A stretch of DNA of 64,000 nt from positions 149,484,001 to 149,548,000 of the forward strand of contig CM059431.1 in assembly GCA_030390025.1 (NCBI GenBank), given 5' to 3'. Numbering within the stretch: the stretch's first letter is position 1; each line of letters begins with the position of its first letter. This stretch comes from Squalus acanthias (lineage: Eukaryota). The position numbers and the translations under genes are program-made. Positions 48,001-63,000 of this stretch are shown here, in pieces. The notes below the pieces were generated by a model. The model was not told the DNA's origin and searched no databases. It saw nothing but the letters and a program-made list of their open reading frames with translations.

Positions 48001-51000
48001 AATAACAGACATAACACCGGCTGCCAATGGAGCCTGGCCCAATCCTGCTCTGTATGTGGGGATCACTACCACACTGAATGATGCCAACAGAAACACCTCA
48101 GGCGGGGAATGGAGACTGGGTCCTTCCATCTTTGTGAGGGGCTCAGTTCCTTACCAAATGAGAACAACTAAGATACCACAGGAGAGTGCATGATGCTGGA
48201 CACTTGCTCAGCTGACTGCCACTTATAGGATCATGTAATTTGAGCTTCTCAGTGTAGGTTTCTTATGTGTGCAAATCAGTCATTCAATCAAGCGAACAGC
48301 AGCTACTCCAAGAAGAACAGAAATCATCACTTCTCACAGAAAGTGCGAGCATATTTAATCGTTATTAGGACCGAAGATGATTTATACCTTACACCGTCAA
48401 CCTGTGTGGTGAGTGAGTATTTCTGGACAGTGCCTAACTGTGTAAATATGTATTCCACGGTATGACTGCTTTTCTCCCGTCTGCTTGATGATTCAGCCCC
48501 ATTGTTCTGAGCTGTTTCTTACACAGGTGGCTGTTTAGTGATGTAAGTGCCGAGAATGACGTGCTTTAACCTTTTTAATATATATTCAATGTGATTGCTT
48601 TATTCAGACTGGAATATTATTTGAATCTGTGGCATCAGTCAGGCAATCGGGTTAAGCTTTCATTCAACAATTAATGATCCCTGAATCAAGCCGAGCCCTG
48701 GCATCACTTTCGGGCAATGGCTACCATTAAGGTTTCTCGTTGAGTTAATTGATACTGGAGCAGTTTCAGGGTGCTGGGTTCTGTTTACAGGTGTTGCCTT
48801 AAACCCAGACATCAGGTGAGATACGATAGTTCAGCATAGATCAGAGAGGAGGCCTGGAACTGCTCTGTTCTTTGTGGCTCAGTAACTCACCGGGCCATGG
48901 AATGATCCTGAGCCCATCCTGCACTGTGTGGTGCTCAGTACCACATCGGGTGAGATTAGCTAACACATCACAGGCCGTGGGATGATCGTGGGCGCACCCT
49001 GCACTGTGTGGTGCTCAGTACCACACTGGTTGATACCTGCTAACACACGACAGGCCGTGGGATGATCCTGGGCGCATCCTGCACTGTATGGTGCTCAGTA
49101 CCACACTGGTTGATACCTTCTAACACACCACAGGCCGTGGGATGATCCTGGGCACATCCTACTCCGTGTGGGGCTCAGTACCACACTGGGTGAGTGCAGC
49201 TAACCAACCAGAGGCCGTGGAATGATCCTGGGCCCATCCTGCTCTGTTTAGAGCTCAGTACCTCACTGGGTGAGATCAGCTACCACATCACAGACAGTGG
49301 AATAATCCTGGGCACATCCTGCACTGTGTGGGGCTCAGCACCACACTGGGTGAGATCTGCTAACACACCGCATGCCGTGGAATGATCCTGGGCCTATCCT
49401 GCACTGTGTGGTTCTCAGTACCACACTGGGTGAGATCAGCTAGCACATTACAGGCCGTGGAATGATCCTAGGCCTATCCTGCACTGTGTATGGGGCTCAG
49501 TACCACACTGAATGAGAACAACAGAATTACCACAGGCCGGGAATGGAGACCGGTTCCTACCTGCTCTGTGTGGGCTCAGTTCCTTACCAAATGAGATAAA
49601 CTAAGATACCACAGGTGAGGGCATGATGCTGGTTACTTGCTGTTCTGTGTGCGGGGCACTGTCCATCTCCAAATGAGAAAAACAGATATGCGACAGGACA
49701 GGGAATGATGCTGGGCATTTCCTTCTCACTGGGTGGGGCTCAGTATCTCACCGAATGAGAACAACTGACATACCACAGGCCGGGAATGGTGCCACTACTG
49801 CAGGTAATCGTATCTTCATTACTGAGCCTGCCTCCCGCAGTTAAGCGGGTCAGTTTACCTATCAAAGTCTGATCTACGTTTCTTAGGAGTGTCCAGTCAT
49901 TGAAGTGACATTGATTGAATTGATTGATTGATTTGAGTGTTCATCCTCCAAAGCTCTATATTAATATTTTAACCATGAGTGGGAATAGTGTCTCACGCGG
50001 CTGTGCCCACCTGACATGCACTAATAGGATCATGTAATTTGAGCGTCTCAGTGCAGGTTTCCTTTGTTTGCAAATCAGGCACCAGTCAAGCGAACAGCAG
50101 CTACTCCAAGAACAGAAATCACCACTTTTCGCAGAAAGTTTGCGCACATTTAATCGTTATTAGGACCGAACATGATATCTACCTTATGCCGTTGAGCTGT
50201 GCGGTCAGCGATTGTTTCTGGCCAGTCCCTAAGAGTGTAAATATGTACTCCACTGTATGACTGCTTTTCTTCCATCTGTTTGAGGATTCAGCCACATTGT
50301 TCAGAGCTGTTTCTTACACAGGTGGCTAATTAGTGATGTCAGTGCCGAGAAGGCCATGCTTTTATCGTTTACTATTTATTACATGTAATTGCGTTATTCA
50401 GGCTGTAATATTCTTTGAAACTCTGGCATCAGTAATGTAATCGGGTTATGGTTTTCTTCCGAAAATCAATGATCCCTGAATTAGGCTGAGTACTGGCATC
50501 ACTTTCGGCAATGGCTACCTTTAAGGTTTCTGGTTGAGTTAATTGATACTGGAGCAGTTTCTGGGTGTTGGGTCAGATAACATGTGTTGTGTTAGGGACA
50601 GACAGCAGGTGAGATGCGATAGTTCAGCATAGACCAGAGAGGATGCCTGGAACTGTCCTGTTCTTTGTTTCTCAGTAACACACCAGGTCATGGAATGATC
50701 CTGGGCCCATCCTGCACTTTGTAGGGCTCAGCAACACATCGGGTGAGATCAGCTAACACACCACAGGTCGGGGATTGCTTCTGGACCCATCCTGCTCTGT
50801 GTGGGGCTCAGTACCACACTGGGTGTGATCAGTTAAAACTCCAGAGGCCGGTGAAAGCTCCTGGAACTATTCTGCGCTGTGTATGAGGCACAGTACCTCT
50901 CTGAATGGGAACAACTGAAACACCACAAGCCGGGAAAGTAGCCTGTGCCCATTCTGCTCTGTGTGTGGTTCTCGGGATCACACCGAGTGTGACCAGTGAA

Positions 51001-54000
51001 AACAACAAAGTACAGGACATATGGTGGGCTCTTCCTGCTCTGTGTGTGGTTCACAGTCCATCTCCAAATGAGAACAACTGACATACCACAGGAGAGGGCA
51101 AGCTCCTGGGCCATTGCTGCCCTTTGTGTGGGGCTCAGTACAATACTGGGTTTGATCAGCTTACACACCACAGGCCATGGAATGATCCTTGGCCGATCCT
51201 GCTCTGTGTGGGGGTCAGTACCACACTGTGTGAGATCAGGTAACACATCACAGGCTGTGGATTATTTTGGACCAAACCTGCTCTGTGTGGGGCTCATTAC
51301 CACACTGGGTGAGAGAAGTTCAATCAGCACAGGTCTGGGATGGAGCATGGGATCTTCCTTCCCTGTGTGTGACTCAGTACCACACGGGAGAGATTAGCTA
51401 CCGCAGGACAGGCTGGGATCGATCCTGCATCTTTCCTGTTCTGTGGGTGCTGAGCACTACATCAGTTCAGATCTGTTAACAGAGCCTGGGCCTTTCCTGA
51501 TCTATACTTGGGGATCAGTACCTCACCGAATGAAAACAACTTGATATACCACAGATCGCGAATGGAGACAGGCCCGTTCCTGCTCTGTGTGGGCGCAGTA
51601 TCACATAGGATGATATCAGGGAAATCAACACAGGACAGGGAATGGTCCTGCGCCTTTCCTGCGCTTTGGTGTGGGGCTCAGTACCTCACTGAATGAGAAT
51701 ATTTGACAAACCACAGGCAGGGAATGGAGCCTGGGCCCTTCCTTCACTCTGGGTGTGGCTCAGTATCTCACCGAATGAGAACAACTGAGACTCTACAGGC
51801 CAAGAATGGAGCCTGGGCCCATCCTGCTCTGTGTGTGGTTTTCATTACCTCACCGAATGAGAATAACATACATACCTCAGGCGGGGAATGGAGCCTGGGC
51901 CCATCCTGCTCTGTATGGGGTCAGTACCTCACTAAATGTGAACAACTAACATACTACAGTCCGGAATGGAGCCTGGGGCCATTCTGCTCGGTGTGTGAGG
52001 CTCAGTACCTCACAGAATGAGAATAACTAACATACTACAGGCTGCGAATGGAGCTTGGGACAATCCTGCTCTGTGTGTGGAGCTCAGTACCTCACAGAAT
52101 GACAATAACTCACATACTACAGTCCGCGAATGGAGCCTGGGCTCATCCTGCTCAGTGTGCGGGGCTCAGTGCCATACAGAATGTGAACAACTAACATAAT
52201 ACAGGCCGTTAACGGAGCCTGGGTTCATCCTGCTCAGTGGCTGGGGTACAGTACCTCACAGAATATGAACAACTCACATACTACAGGCCGGGAATGAAGC
52301 CCCGTCCCATCCTGCTCTGTGTGTGGGGTTCAGTAACTCACAGAATTTGAACTAACATACTACAGGCCGGGATTGGAGCCTGGGCCCATCCTGCTCTGTG
52401 TGTGGGGTTCAGTATCTCACAGAATTTGAACAACTAACATACTACAGGCCGGGAATGAAACCTGGGCCAATCCTGCTCAATGTGTGGTGTTCAGTACGTC
52501 ACAGAATGTGAACAACTAACCTACTATAGGCCGGGAATGGAGCCTGGGCAAATCCGGTTCGGTGTGTGGGGCTGTTACCTCACATAATGTGAACAAGTAA
52601 CATAGTACATCCTGGAATGGTGTCTGGGCCCATCCTGTTCTGTGTGTGGGTTTCAGAACCTAACAGAATGTGAACATCAAACACATTACAGGTCGGGAAT
52701 GGAGTCTGGGCCCATCCTGCTCGGTGTGTGGGGCTCAGTACCTCACAGAATGTGAACAACTAACATACTACAGGCCGGGAATGGAGCCTGGGCACATCCT
52801 GTTCGGTGTGTGGGGCTGATACCTCACATAATGTGAACAAGTAAAATAGTATATCCGGGAATGGTGCCTGGGCCCATCCTGTTCTGCGTGTGGGGTTCAG
52901 AACCTAACAGAATGTGAACATCAAACACATTACAGGTCGGGAATGGGGTCTGGGCCCATCCTGCTCGGTGTGTGGGGCTCAGTACCTCACAGAATGTGAA
53001 CAACTAATCTACTATAGTCCGGGAATGGAGCCTGGGCCCATCCTGCTCTGTGTATGGGGCTCATACCTCATAGAATGAGAATAACTAACGCACCACAGGC
53101 CGGGAATGGAGCCTGGGCCGATTCCTGCACTGTGTGTGGTGCTCAGTATCACACTGGTTGAGATCAGGAAAAGTGACAAAGGACGGGACGGATCCTGCGC
53201 ACTTCCTGCACTGTGTAGATCTCAGTAACACACCTATTGAGATTAACAGACATAACACAGGCCAAGAATGGAGCCTGGGCCCTTCCTGCTCTGTATGTGG
53301 AGCTCAGTACCTCACCGAATGTGAACAACTAACACATTACAGGCCGGAATGGAGCCTGGTCACATTCTGCTCTGCGTGGGGTTCAATACCACACTGAGTG
53401 ATATCAGCTAACACAGCACAGCACTAGAATGATCCTGGGCCCATCCTGCTCTCCCTACTGCGCAGTACCACAACGGGTAAGATCAGCTAATACAACCCAA
53501 TCTTAGGATGATACTAGGCTCATCCTACTCTGTCTGTGTCTCGGTACCACACTGGCCGAGATCAGATAACACACCACAGTCATTGGAATGATCAACTGCC
53601 CATCCTGCTCTGTGTGGGGCTCAGTACCACACTGAATGAGAACAACAAAAACGCAACAGGCCGTGAATAGAGACTGGGTCCTTCCTGCTGTGTAGTTGGG
53701 GCTCAGTACCTCAGCTAATGAGAACAACTAACATATCAAGGGCCTGGAACGTAGCCATGACACGTCCTGCTATGTGTGTGGTGCTCAGTATCGTATCGGG
53801 TGAGAGCAGCTAACATACCACAGGAGAGGGAACGCTCCTGGGCAATTGCTGCTCTGTGTGTGGGGCACAGTCCATCTCCAAATGGAAAGAACTGACATAC
53901 TACATTACAGGCAAAGATCGTGGGTCATTGTTGCACTGTGTGAAGCTGACTACATCACCGATGAGAATAACAGACATACCACATGCCGGGAATGGTACCT

Positions 54001-57000
54001 TGGTCCTTTCTTCTCACATGGTGGGGCTCAGCACCTCACGTAATGAGAACATCTGACATACCACCGGCGGGGAATGCTACCTTGGGCCTTCCTTCTCTGT
54101 GAGTGGGGCTCAGTACGTCACTGAATGAGAAAAACTGAAATACAACAAACTGGGAATGGAACCAGTAATACAGAGAATCGAATCTTCATTAATGAGCCTG
54201 CCACCCGCAGTTAATCAGATCAGTTTACCTGTCATAGTCTGATCTATGTTTCTTAGGGGTGTCCAGTCATTGAAGTGACATTGATTGAATTGTTGTATTG
54301 CTTTGAGTGTTCATCCTCAATATCTCTATTTAAATGTATTAACCATGAGTGGGAATAGTGTCTCACGCTGCTGTGCCCACCTGACTGGTACGAATAGGAT
54401 CATGTAATTTGTGCATCTCAGTGAAGGTTTCCTTTGTTTGCAAATCAGGCACCAGTCAAGCGAACAGCAGCTACTCCAAGAACAACAGCAATCATCACTT
54501 CTTACAGAAAGTGCGGGCAGATTTAGTCATATTTAAAGTATGATTTCGACCTTACGCCGTCAACCTGTGTGTTCAGTGATTGTTTCTCGACAGTCCTTAA
54601 CTGTGTAAATATGTAATCCACGGTTTGACTGCTCTCTCCCGGCTATTTGTGGATTCAGCCCAATTGTTGTGAGCTGTTTCTTACACCGGTGGCTACTTAG
54701 TGATGTCAGTGCCGAGAATGCCGTGCTTTAACATATTAATATTTATTCCATGTGATTGCTTTATTCAGACTGGAGTATTCTTTGACTCTCTGGCATCAAT
54801 AATGAAATCGGGTTAATGTTATCATCCAAGAAATAATGATCCCTGAATCATGCCGAGCACTGGCATCACTTTCGGGCAAAGGCTACCTTTAATGTTTCTG
54901 TTTGAGTTAATTGATACTGGAGCAGTGTCTTGGTGTTGGTTCAGTTTACATGTTTTGTTTTAGGTCCAGACAGCAGTTGATATGCACTAGTTCAGCATAG
55001 ACCAGAGAGGATGCCTGGAACTGTACTGTTCTTTGTGGCTCACTAACTCACCAGGCCATGGAATGATCCCGGGCACATCCTGCTCTGTGTGGTTCTTAGT
55101 AGCACACTGGGTGAGATCAGCTAGCACACCACAGGCCTGAGATTGTCCCTGGGAGCATCCTGCTCTGTGTGGAGCTAACGAGCACACCAGGTGAGATCAG
55201 CTAACATACCACAGGCCTGGGAATGTTACTGGGCCCAGCCTTCTATGTGTAGGAATCAGTCCCACACTGGTTGATATCTGCGAACACACCACAGGCTTGG
55301 GAATGATCCTCGGCCCATTATGCTCTGTGTAGGGCTGAGTAAAACACTGGGTGCTATCAGCTAACCCACCAAAGGCCGGCAATGTTTCAGGGCCCATCCT
55401 GCTCTGAGTGGGGCTCAGTACCACACCAATTCGGTGGATTGATCCTGAGCACATCGTGAGCTTTGTGCTGCTCAGTACCACACTGGGTGAGATCAGCTAA
55501 AGAACACGGACTGGGTAATGCTCCTCGGCTGATCCTGCACTCTCTGTGGGGCTCACTGGGTTAGAGCAGCTCACTCAGCACGCGCCGGAATTGTTCCCGC
55601 CTCTTTCCTGTTGTGTGGGGCTGAGCACTTCACCGGTTGAGATCTGTTAACAGAGCCTGGGCCATTCCTGCTCTGTGTGTGGGGATCAGAGCCTCACCGA
55701 ATAAGAGCAAGTTATATACCACAAGCCGAGAATGGAGCCTGGGCGCATCGTGCTCTGTGTGTGGATCTCAGTCTCACACCGGGTGAGTTCAGGGAAAAGA
55801 CCACAGGACAGGGAATGATCCTGGCCCCTTCTGCTCTGTATACAGGGCACAGTCCAGCTCCAAATGAGAACAACTGACATACCACAGGAGAGGGTTTGCT
55901 CCTGGGCCCGTCCTGCTCTCTGTGTGGTGCTCAGTACCTCACGGAATGTGAACAACTAACACATTACAGGCGGGAATGGAGCCTGGGCCCATCCTGCTCT
56001 GTGTGTGGGTTCAGTACCTCACAGAATGTGAACAACTAACATACCACAGGCCGGAATGGAGCCTGGGCCCATCTTGCTCTGTGTGTGGGGCTCAGTACCT
56101 CACAGAATATGAAGAACTAACATACAACAGGCCGGGAATTTAGCCTGCGCCCTTCCTGCTCACTGAGTGGAGCGCAGTACCTCACAAAATGTGAACAACG
56201 AACATACGACAGGCCGGGAATGGAGCCTGGGCACATCCTGCTATGTGTGTGGGGCTCAGTATCACAGAGAATGTGAGCAACTAACACATTACAGGCCGGG
56301 AATGGAGCCTGGATTCATCCTGCTCTGTGGATGGGGTTCATAGCTCATAGAATGAGAATAACTAAGACACCACAGGCCGGGATGGAGCCTGGGCACATTC
56401 CTGCACTGTCTGTGATGCTCAGTATCAATCTGGCTGAGATCAGGTAAAGCGCCAAAGGACCGGGACTGATCATGGTACCTTTCTGCATTTTGCAGAGCTC
56501 AGTACCTCACCTATTGAGATTAACAGACATAACACAGGCCGAAAATGGAGCCTGCGCCATTCCTGCTCTGTATGTGGAGCTCAGTACCTCACAGAATGTG
56601 AACAACTAACACACTACAGGCCGGGAATGGAGCCTGGGACCATCCTGCTCTGTGTGTGGGGCTCAGTACCACACAGAATGTGAACAACAAACATATTACA
56701 GGCCAAAAATAGAGCCTGGGCCCATCCTGCTATTTGTGTGGGGTGCAGTACCACATAGAATGTGAAGAACTAACATACTGCAAACCGATAATGGAGCCTG
56801 GGTCCATCCTGCTCTGTATGTGGAGCTCAGTACCTCACCGAATGTGAACAACTGACAAATCACAGGCCGGAAATGGAGCCTGGTCACATTCTGCTCTGCG
56901 TGGGGTTGAATACCAGAATGAGTGATATCAGTGAACACACCACAGCACTAGAATGATCCTGGGCCCATCCTGCTCTCTCTAGTGCGAAGTACCACACCGG

Positions 57001-60000
57001 GTGAGATCAGCTAACACACCACAAGCTTAGGATAATCCTTGGCTCATCCTGCTCTGTCTGTGTCTCGGTACCGCACTTGCTGAGATCAGATAACACACCA
57101 CAGTCATTGGAATGATCCTCTGCCCATCCTGCTCTGTGTGGGGCTCAGCACCACTCCGGGTGAGATCAGCTAACAGACTACAGACCGTGGAATGATCCTG
57201 GACCTATCCTGCACTATGTGTGGGGCTCAGTACCACACTGAATGAGTACAACAGAAACTCGACAGGCCGTGAATAGAGACTGGGTCCTTCCTGCTCTGTA
57301 TGTGGGCTCATTTCCTCACCAAATGAGAACAACTAACATATCACAGGCCTGGAATGGAGCCTTGACACATCCTGCTCTGTGTGTGTGCTCATTATCACAC
57401 CGGGTTAGAGCAGCTAACATACCACAGGAGAGGGGACGCTCCTGGGCACTTGCTGCTCTGTGTGCGGGTCACAGTCCATCTCCAAATGGGAAGAACTGAC
57501 ATACCACAGGACAGGGAATGATCGTGGGCCCTTCCTGCACTGTGTGAAGCTGACTACATCACCGAATGAGAGTAACAGACATACCACAGGCCGGGAATGG
57601 TACCTTGGCCCTTTCTTCTCACATGGTGGGGCTAAGTACCTCACGTAATGAGAACATCTAACATACCACAGGCCGGGAATGCTACCTTGGGCCTTCATTC
57701 TCTGTGAGTGGGGCTCAGTACCTCACTGAATGAGAAAAACTGAAATACAACAGGCTGGGAATGGAACCAGTAATACAGAGAATCGAATCTTCATTACTGA
57801 GCCTGCCTCCCGCAGTTAATCAGGTCAGTTTACCTGTCATAGTCTGATCTACATTTCTTAGGGTTGTCCAGTCAGGGAGTTTTATGATTGAAGTGACATT
57901 GATTGAATTGTTGCATTGCTTTGAGTGTTCATCCTCAATATCTCTATTTAAATGTATTAACCATGAGTGGGAATAGTGTCTCACGCTGCTGTGCCCACCT
58001 GACTGGCACTAATAGGATGATATAATTTGAGCGTCTCAGTGCAGGTTTCCTTTGTTTGAAAATCAGGCATCCAGTCAAGCGAACAGCAGCTACTCCAAGA
58101 ACAACAGAAATCACCACTTCTCACAGAAAGTGCGCGCAATTTTAGAAGATGATTTCAACGTTACGCCGTCAACCTGTGTGTTCAGTGATTGTTTCTGGAC
58201 AGTCCTTAACTGTGTAAATATGTAATCCACGGTATGACTGCTTTTCTCCCGGCTTTTTGTGGATTCAGCCCCATTGTTCTGAGCAGTTTCTTACACAGGT
58301 GGCTGCATAGTGATGTCAGTGCCGAGAATGCCGTGCTTTTACATTTTAATATTTATTCCATGTGATTACTTTATTCAGACTGGACTATTCTTTGACTCTC
58401 TGGCATCAGTAATGAAATCGGGTAATTGTTTTCATCCAATAATTAATGATCCCTGAATCAGGCCTAGCACTGGCATCACTTTCGGACAAAAACTACCTTT
58501 AATGTTTCTGTTTGAGTTAATTGATACTGGAGCAGTGTCTTGGTGTTGGTTCAGTTTACATGTTTAGTTTTAGGTCCAACCAGCAGTTGATATGCAGCAG
58601 CTCAGCATAGACTAGAGAGGATGCCTGGAACTGTCCTGGTATTTGTGGCTCAGTAACTCACCAGGACATGGAATGATCCTGGGCACATCCTGCCCTGTGT
58701 GCTTCTTTGTAGCACACTGGGTGAGATCAGCTAACACACCACAGGCCTGGGAATATTCCTGAGCCCATCCTGCTCTGTTTGGGGCTAACTAGCACAACCA
58801 GGTGAGATCAGCTAACACACCACAGGCCTGGGAATGTTACTGGGCCCATCCTGCTCTGTGTAGGAATCAGTACAACACTTGTATATATCCGCGAACGCAC
58901 CACAGGCCTGGGAATGATCCTCGGCTCACACTGCTCTATATGGGACTCAGTAGCACACTGGTTCATATTTATTAACACACCACAGGCCGTGTATTGATCC
59001 TCGGCCCATACTGCTCCGTGTAAGGCTGTGTACCACACTGGGTGCTATTAGCTAGCCCACCAAACGCCGTAAAAAATTTCTGGGCCCATCCTGCTCTGGT
59101 TGGGGCTCAGTACCACACCAAGTCGGTGGATTGATCCTGAGCCCATCGTGCACTTTGTGTGGCTCATTACCACACTGGGTGAGATCAGCTAAAAACCAGA
59201 GACCGGGTAATGCTCCTCGGCTTGTCCTGCACTCTCTGTGTGGCTCACTGTGTTACAGCAGCTCACTCAGCACAGGCCGCGAATGATTCCCGCCTCTTTC
59301 CTGTTGTGTGGGGCTGAGCACAACACCGGTTGAGATCTGTTGACAGAGCCTCGGCCATTCCTGCTCTGTGTGTGGGGATTGAGAGCCTCACCGAATAAGA
59401 GCAAGTAATATACCATACGTCGAGAATGGAGCCTGGGCGCATCCTGCTCTGTGTGTGGACCTCAGTCTCACACCGGGTGAGTTCAGGGAAAAAACACAGT
59501 ACAGGGAATGATCCTGGGCCCTTCTGCTCTGTATACAGGGCACAGTCCAGCTTTCAATGAGAATAACTGACATACCGCAGGAGAGGGTTTGCTCCTGGGC
59601 CCTTCCTGCTCTGTGTGTGGTGCTCAACTAATGTGAACAACTAACATATTACTGGCCGGGTATGGAGCCTGGGCACATCCTGCTCTGTGTGTGGGGTTCA
59701 GTCCCTCACAGAATGTGAACAACTAACATACCACAGGCAGGGAATTGTGCCTGGGCCCATCTTGCTCTGTGTGTGGGCATCAGTACCTCACAGGAAGTGA
59801 ACAACTAACATACTAAAGGCCGGTAATGGAGCCTGGGCCCTTTCTGCTCTGTGTGTGGGTCTCAGTACCTCACATAATCTGCGCAACTAACATACTACAG
59901 GCCGAGAGTAGAGCCTGGGCCCATCCTGCTCTGTGTGTGGGGCTCAGTACATCACTGAATGAGAAAAACTTAAATACAACAGTCCGGGAATGGAACCAGT

Positions 60001-63000
60001 AATACAGAAAATCGAATTTTCATTACTGAGCCTCGCTCCCGCAGTTAATCAGGTCAGTTTACCTGTCATAGTCTGATCTACATTTCTTAGGGTTGTCCCG
60101 TCAGGGAGTTTTATGATTGAAGTGACATTGATTGAATTGTTGCATTGCTTTGAGTGTTCATCCTCAATATCTCTATGTAAATATATTAAACATGAGTGGG
60201 AATAGTGTCTCACGCTGCTGTGCCCACCTGACTGGTACTAATAGGATCATGCAATTTGAGCGTCTCAGTGCAGGTTTCCTTTGTTTGCAAATCAGGCATC
60301 CAGTCAAGCGAACAGCAGCTACTCCAAGAACAACAGAAATCACCACTTCTCACAGAAAGTGCGGGCATATTTAGTCATATTTAGAAAATGATTTGTACCT
60401 TACGCCGTCAACCTGTGTGTTCAGTGATTGTTTTTGGACAGTCCTTAACTGTGTAGATATGTAATCCACGGTATGACTGCTTTTCTCCCGGCTTTTTGTG
60501 GATTCAGCCCCATTGTTCTGAGCTGTTTCTTACACAGGTGGCTGCTTAGTGATGTCAGTGCCGAGAATGCCGTGCTTTTACATATTAATATTTATTCCAT
60601 GTGATTGCTTTATTCAGGCTGGACTATTCTTTGACTCTCTTGCATCAATAATGAATTCGGGTTAATGTTTTCATCCAAGAAATAATGATCCCTGAATCAG
60701 GCGGAGCACTGGCATCACTTTCGGGCAAAGGCTACCTTCAATGTTTTTGTCTGAGTTAATTGATACTGGAGCAGTGTCTTGGTGTTGGTTCAGTTTACAT
60801 GTTTTCTTTTAGGTCCAGACAGCAGTTGATATGCAGTAGTTCAGCATAGACCAGAGAGGATGCCTGGAACTGTCCTTTTCTTTGTGGCTCATTAACTCAC
60901 CAGGCCATGGAATGATCCTGGGCACATCCTGCTCTGTGTGGTTCTTAGTAGCACACTTGGTGAGATCAGCTAACACACCACAGGACTGGGTATCTTTTAT
61001 GGGCCCATCCTGATCTGTGTAGGAATCAGTCCCACACTGGTTGATATCTGCGAACACACCACAGGCCTGGGAATGATCCTCGGCCCAAACTGCTCTATAT
61101 GTGGCTCAGTACAACACTGGTTGATATTTGCTAACACACCACAGGCCGTGTTTTGATCCTCGGCCCAGACTGCTCTGTGTAGGGCTGAGTATCACACTGG
61201 GTGCTATCAGCTAACCCACCAAAGGCCGGTGAATTTATCTGGGCCGATCCTGCTCTGGGTGGGATCTCAGTACCACACTAATTCGGTGGATTGATCCTGA
61301 GCCCATCGTGCACTTTGTGTTGCTCATTACCACACTGGGTGAGATAAGCTAAAAATCAGAGACCGGGTAATGCTCCTCGGCTTATCCTGCACTCTCTGTG
61401 GTGCTCACTGGGTAAGAGCAGCTCACTCAGCACAGGCCGGGATGGTTCCTGCCTCTTTCCTGTTGTGTGGGGCTGAGCACTACACCGGTTGAGATCTGTT
61501 AACAGAGACTGGGCCATTCCTGCTCTGTGTGTGGGGATCTCAGCCTCACCGAATACGAGCAAGTAATATACCACAAGCCGAGAATGGAGGCTGGGCGCAT
61601 CCTGCTCTGTGTGTGGACCTCAGTCTCACACCAGGTGAATTCAGGGAAAATACCACAGGACAGGGAATGATCCTGGGCCCTTCTGCTCTGTATACAGGGC
61701 ACAGTCCAGCTCCAAATGAGAACAACTGACATACCACAGGAGAGGGTTTGCTCCTGGGCCCTTCCTGCTCTGTGTGTGGTGCTCAGTACTTCACTGAATG
61801 AGAATAACTGACAAACCACAGGCCGGAAATGGAGACTGGGCCCTTCTTGCACTGTGTAGAGCTCAGTACCTTATCAAATGAGAACAACAGAATTACCACA
61901 TGCCACGAATGGAGGCTGGGTCCATCGTGCTCTGTGTGTGGGGCTCAGTATCGCACCGGTACAGATCAGCTAACATACCACAGAACAGGGAATGATCCTG
62001 CGCCCTTCGTCCTCTTTGTGGAGCTCAGTAATTCATCAAATGAGAATACAGACATACCTCAGGCCGGGAATGGATCCTGGGGCCTTCCTTCTCTCTGGAT
62101 TGGGTTCACTACCTCACCAAATGAGAATAACTGACACAGCACTGGCCGAAAATGGAGCCTGGGCCTATCACGCGCTCTCTGGGACTCAGTACCACACCGG
62201 GTGCGATCAGCGGCACACCAAAGGCCAGAGAAAGATCCTGGGCCCATCTTGCTCCGTGTGGGGCACAGTACCACACAGGGTGAGTTCACGAACCACACCA
62301 CAGGCCTGGGAATGATCCTGGGCCTATCGTGCGCAGTTTGGGGCTCAGTAGCACACTGGGTGGGATCAGCTAACCCAGCACAGGCCGGGGAATGATCCTG
62401 GGCAGATCCTGCTCAGTCTGGGGCCCAGTACCACAGTGGGGGTATCAGCTGAAAAGCTAAAGGCTGCGGAATGATCCTGGGCCCATCTGTCTCTGTGTGG
62501 GTCTCAATAGCACACCGGGTAAGTTCAGGAGACACACCACAGGCCTGGAAATGATCCTGGGCACATCCTGCTCTGTGTGGGACTCAGTACCACACCAGGT
62601 GCGATCAGCAACACACCAAAGCCAAGGGAATGATCCTGGGCCCATCCTGCTCAGTGTCGGGCTCAGTACCACACCCGGTGAGAGCAGCTAACACACCACA
62701 GGAGAGGGAATGATCATGGGCCCATCCTGCTCTGAGTGGGTCTCAGTCCCACACAGGTTGTGATCAGCTAACGCACCACAGGATGCGGAATGATCCTGGG
62801 CCTATCCTGCTCTGTGTGGGTCTCAGTCCCACACAGGTTGTGATCAGGTAACACACCACAGGCCGGGGAATGATCCTGGGCCTATCCTGATCTGTGTAAG
62901 GCTCAGTACCACACCGGGTGTGATCAAATATAACACCATTGGCCGGGCAATGCTCCTGGACCTACCCTGCTATATTTTTGTCTCAGTACCACACTGAGTG

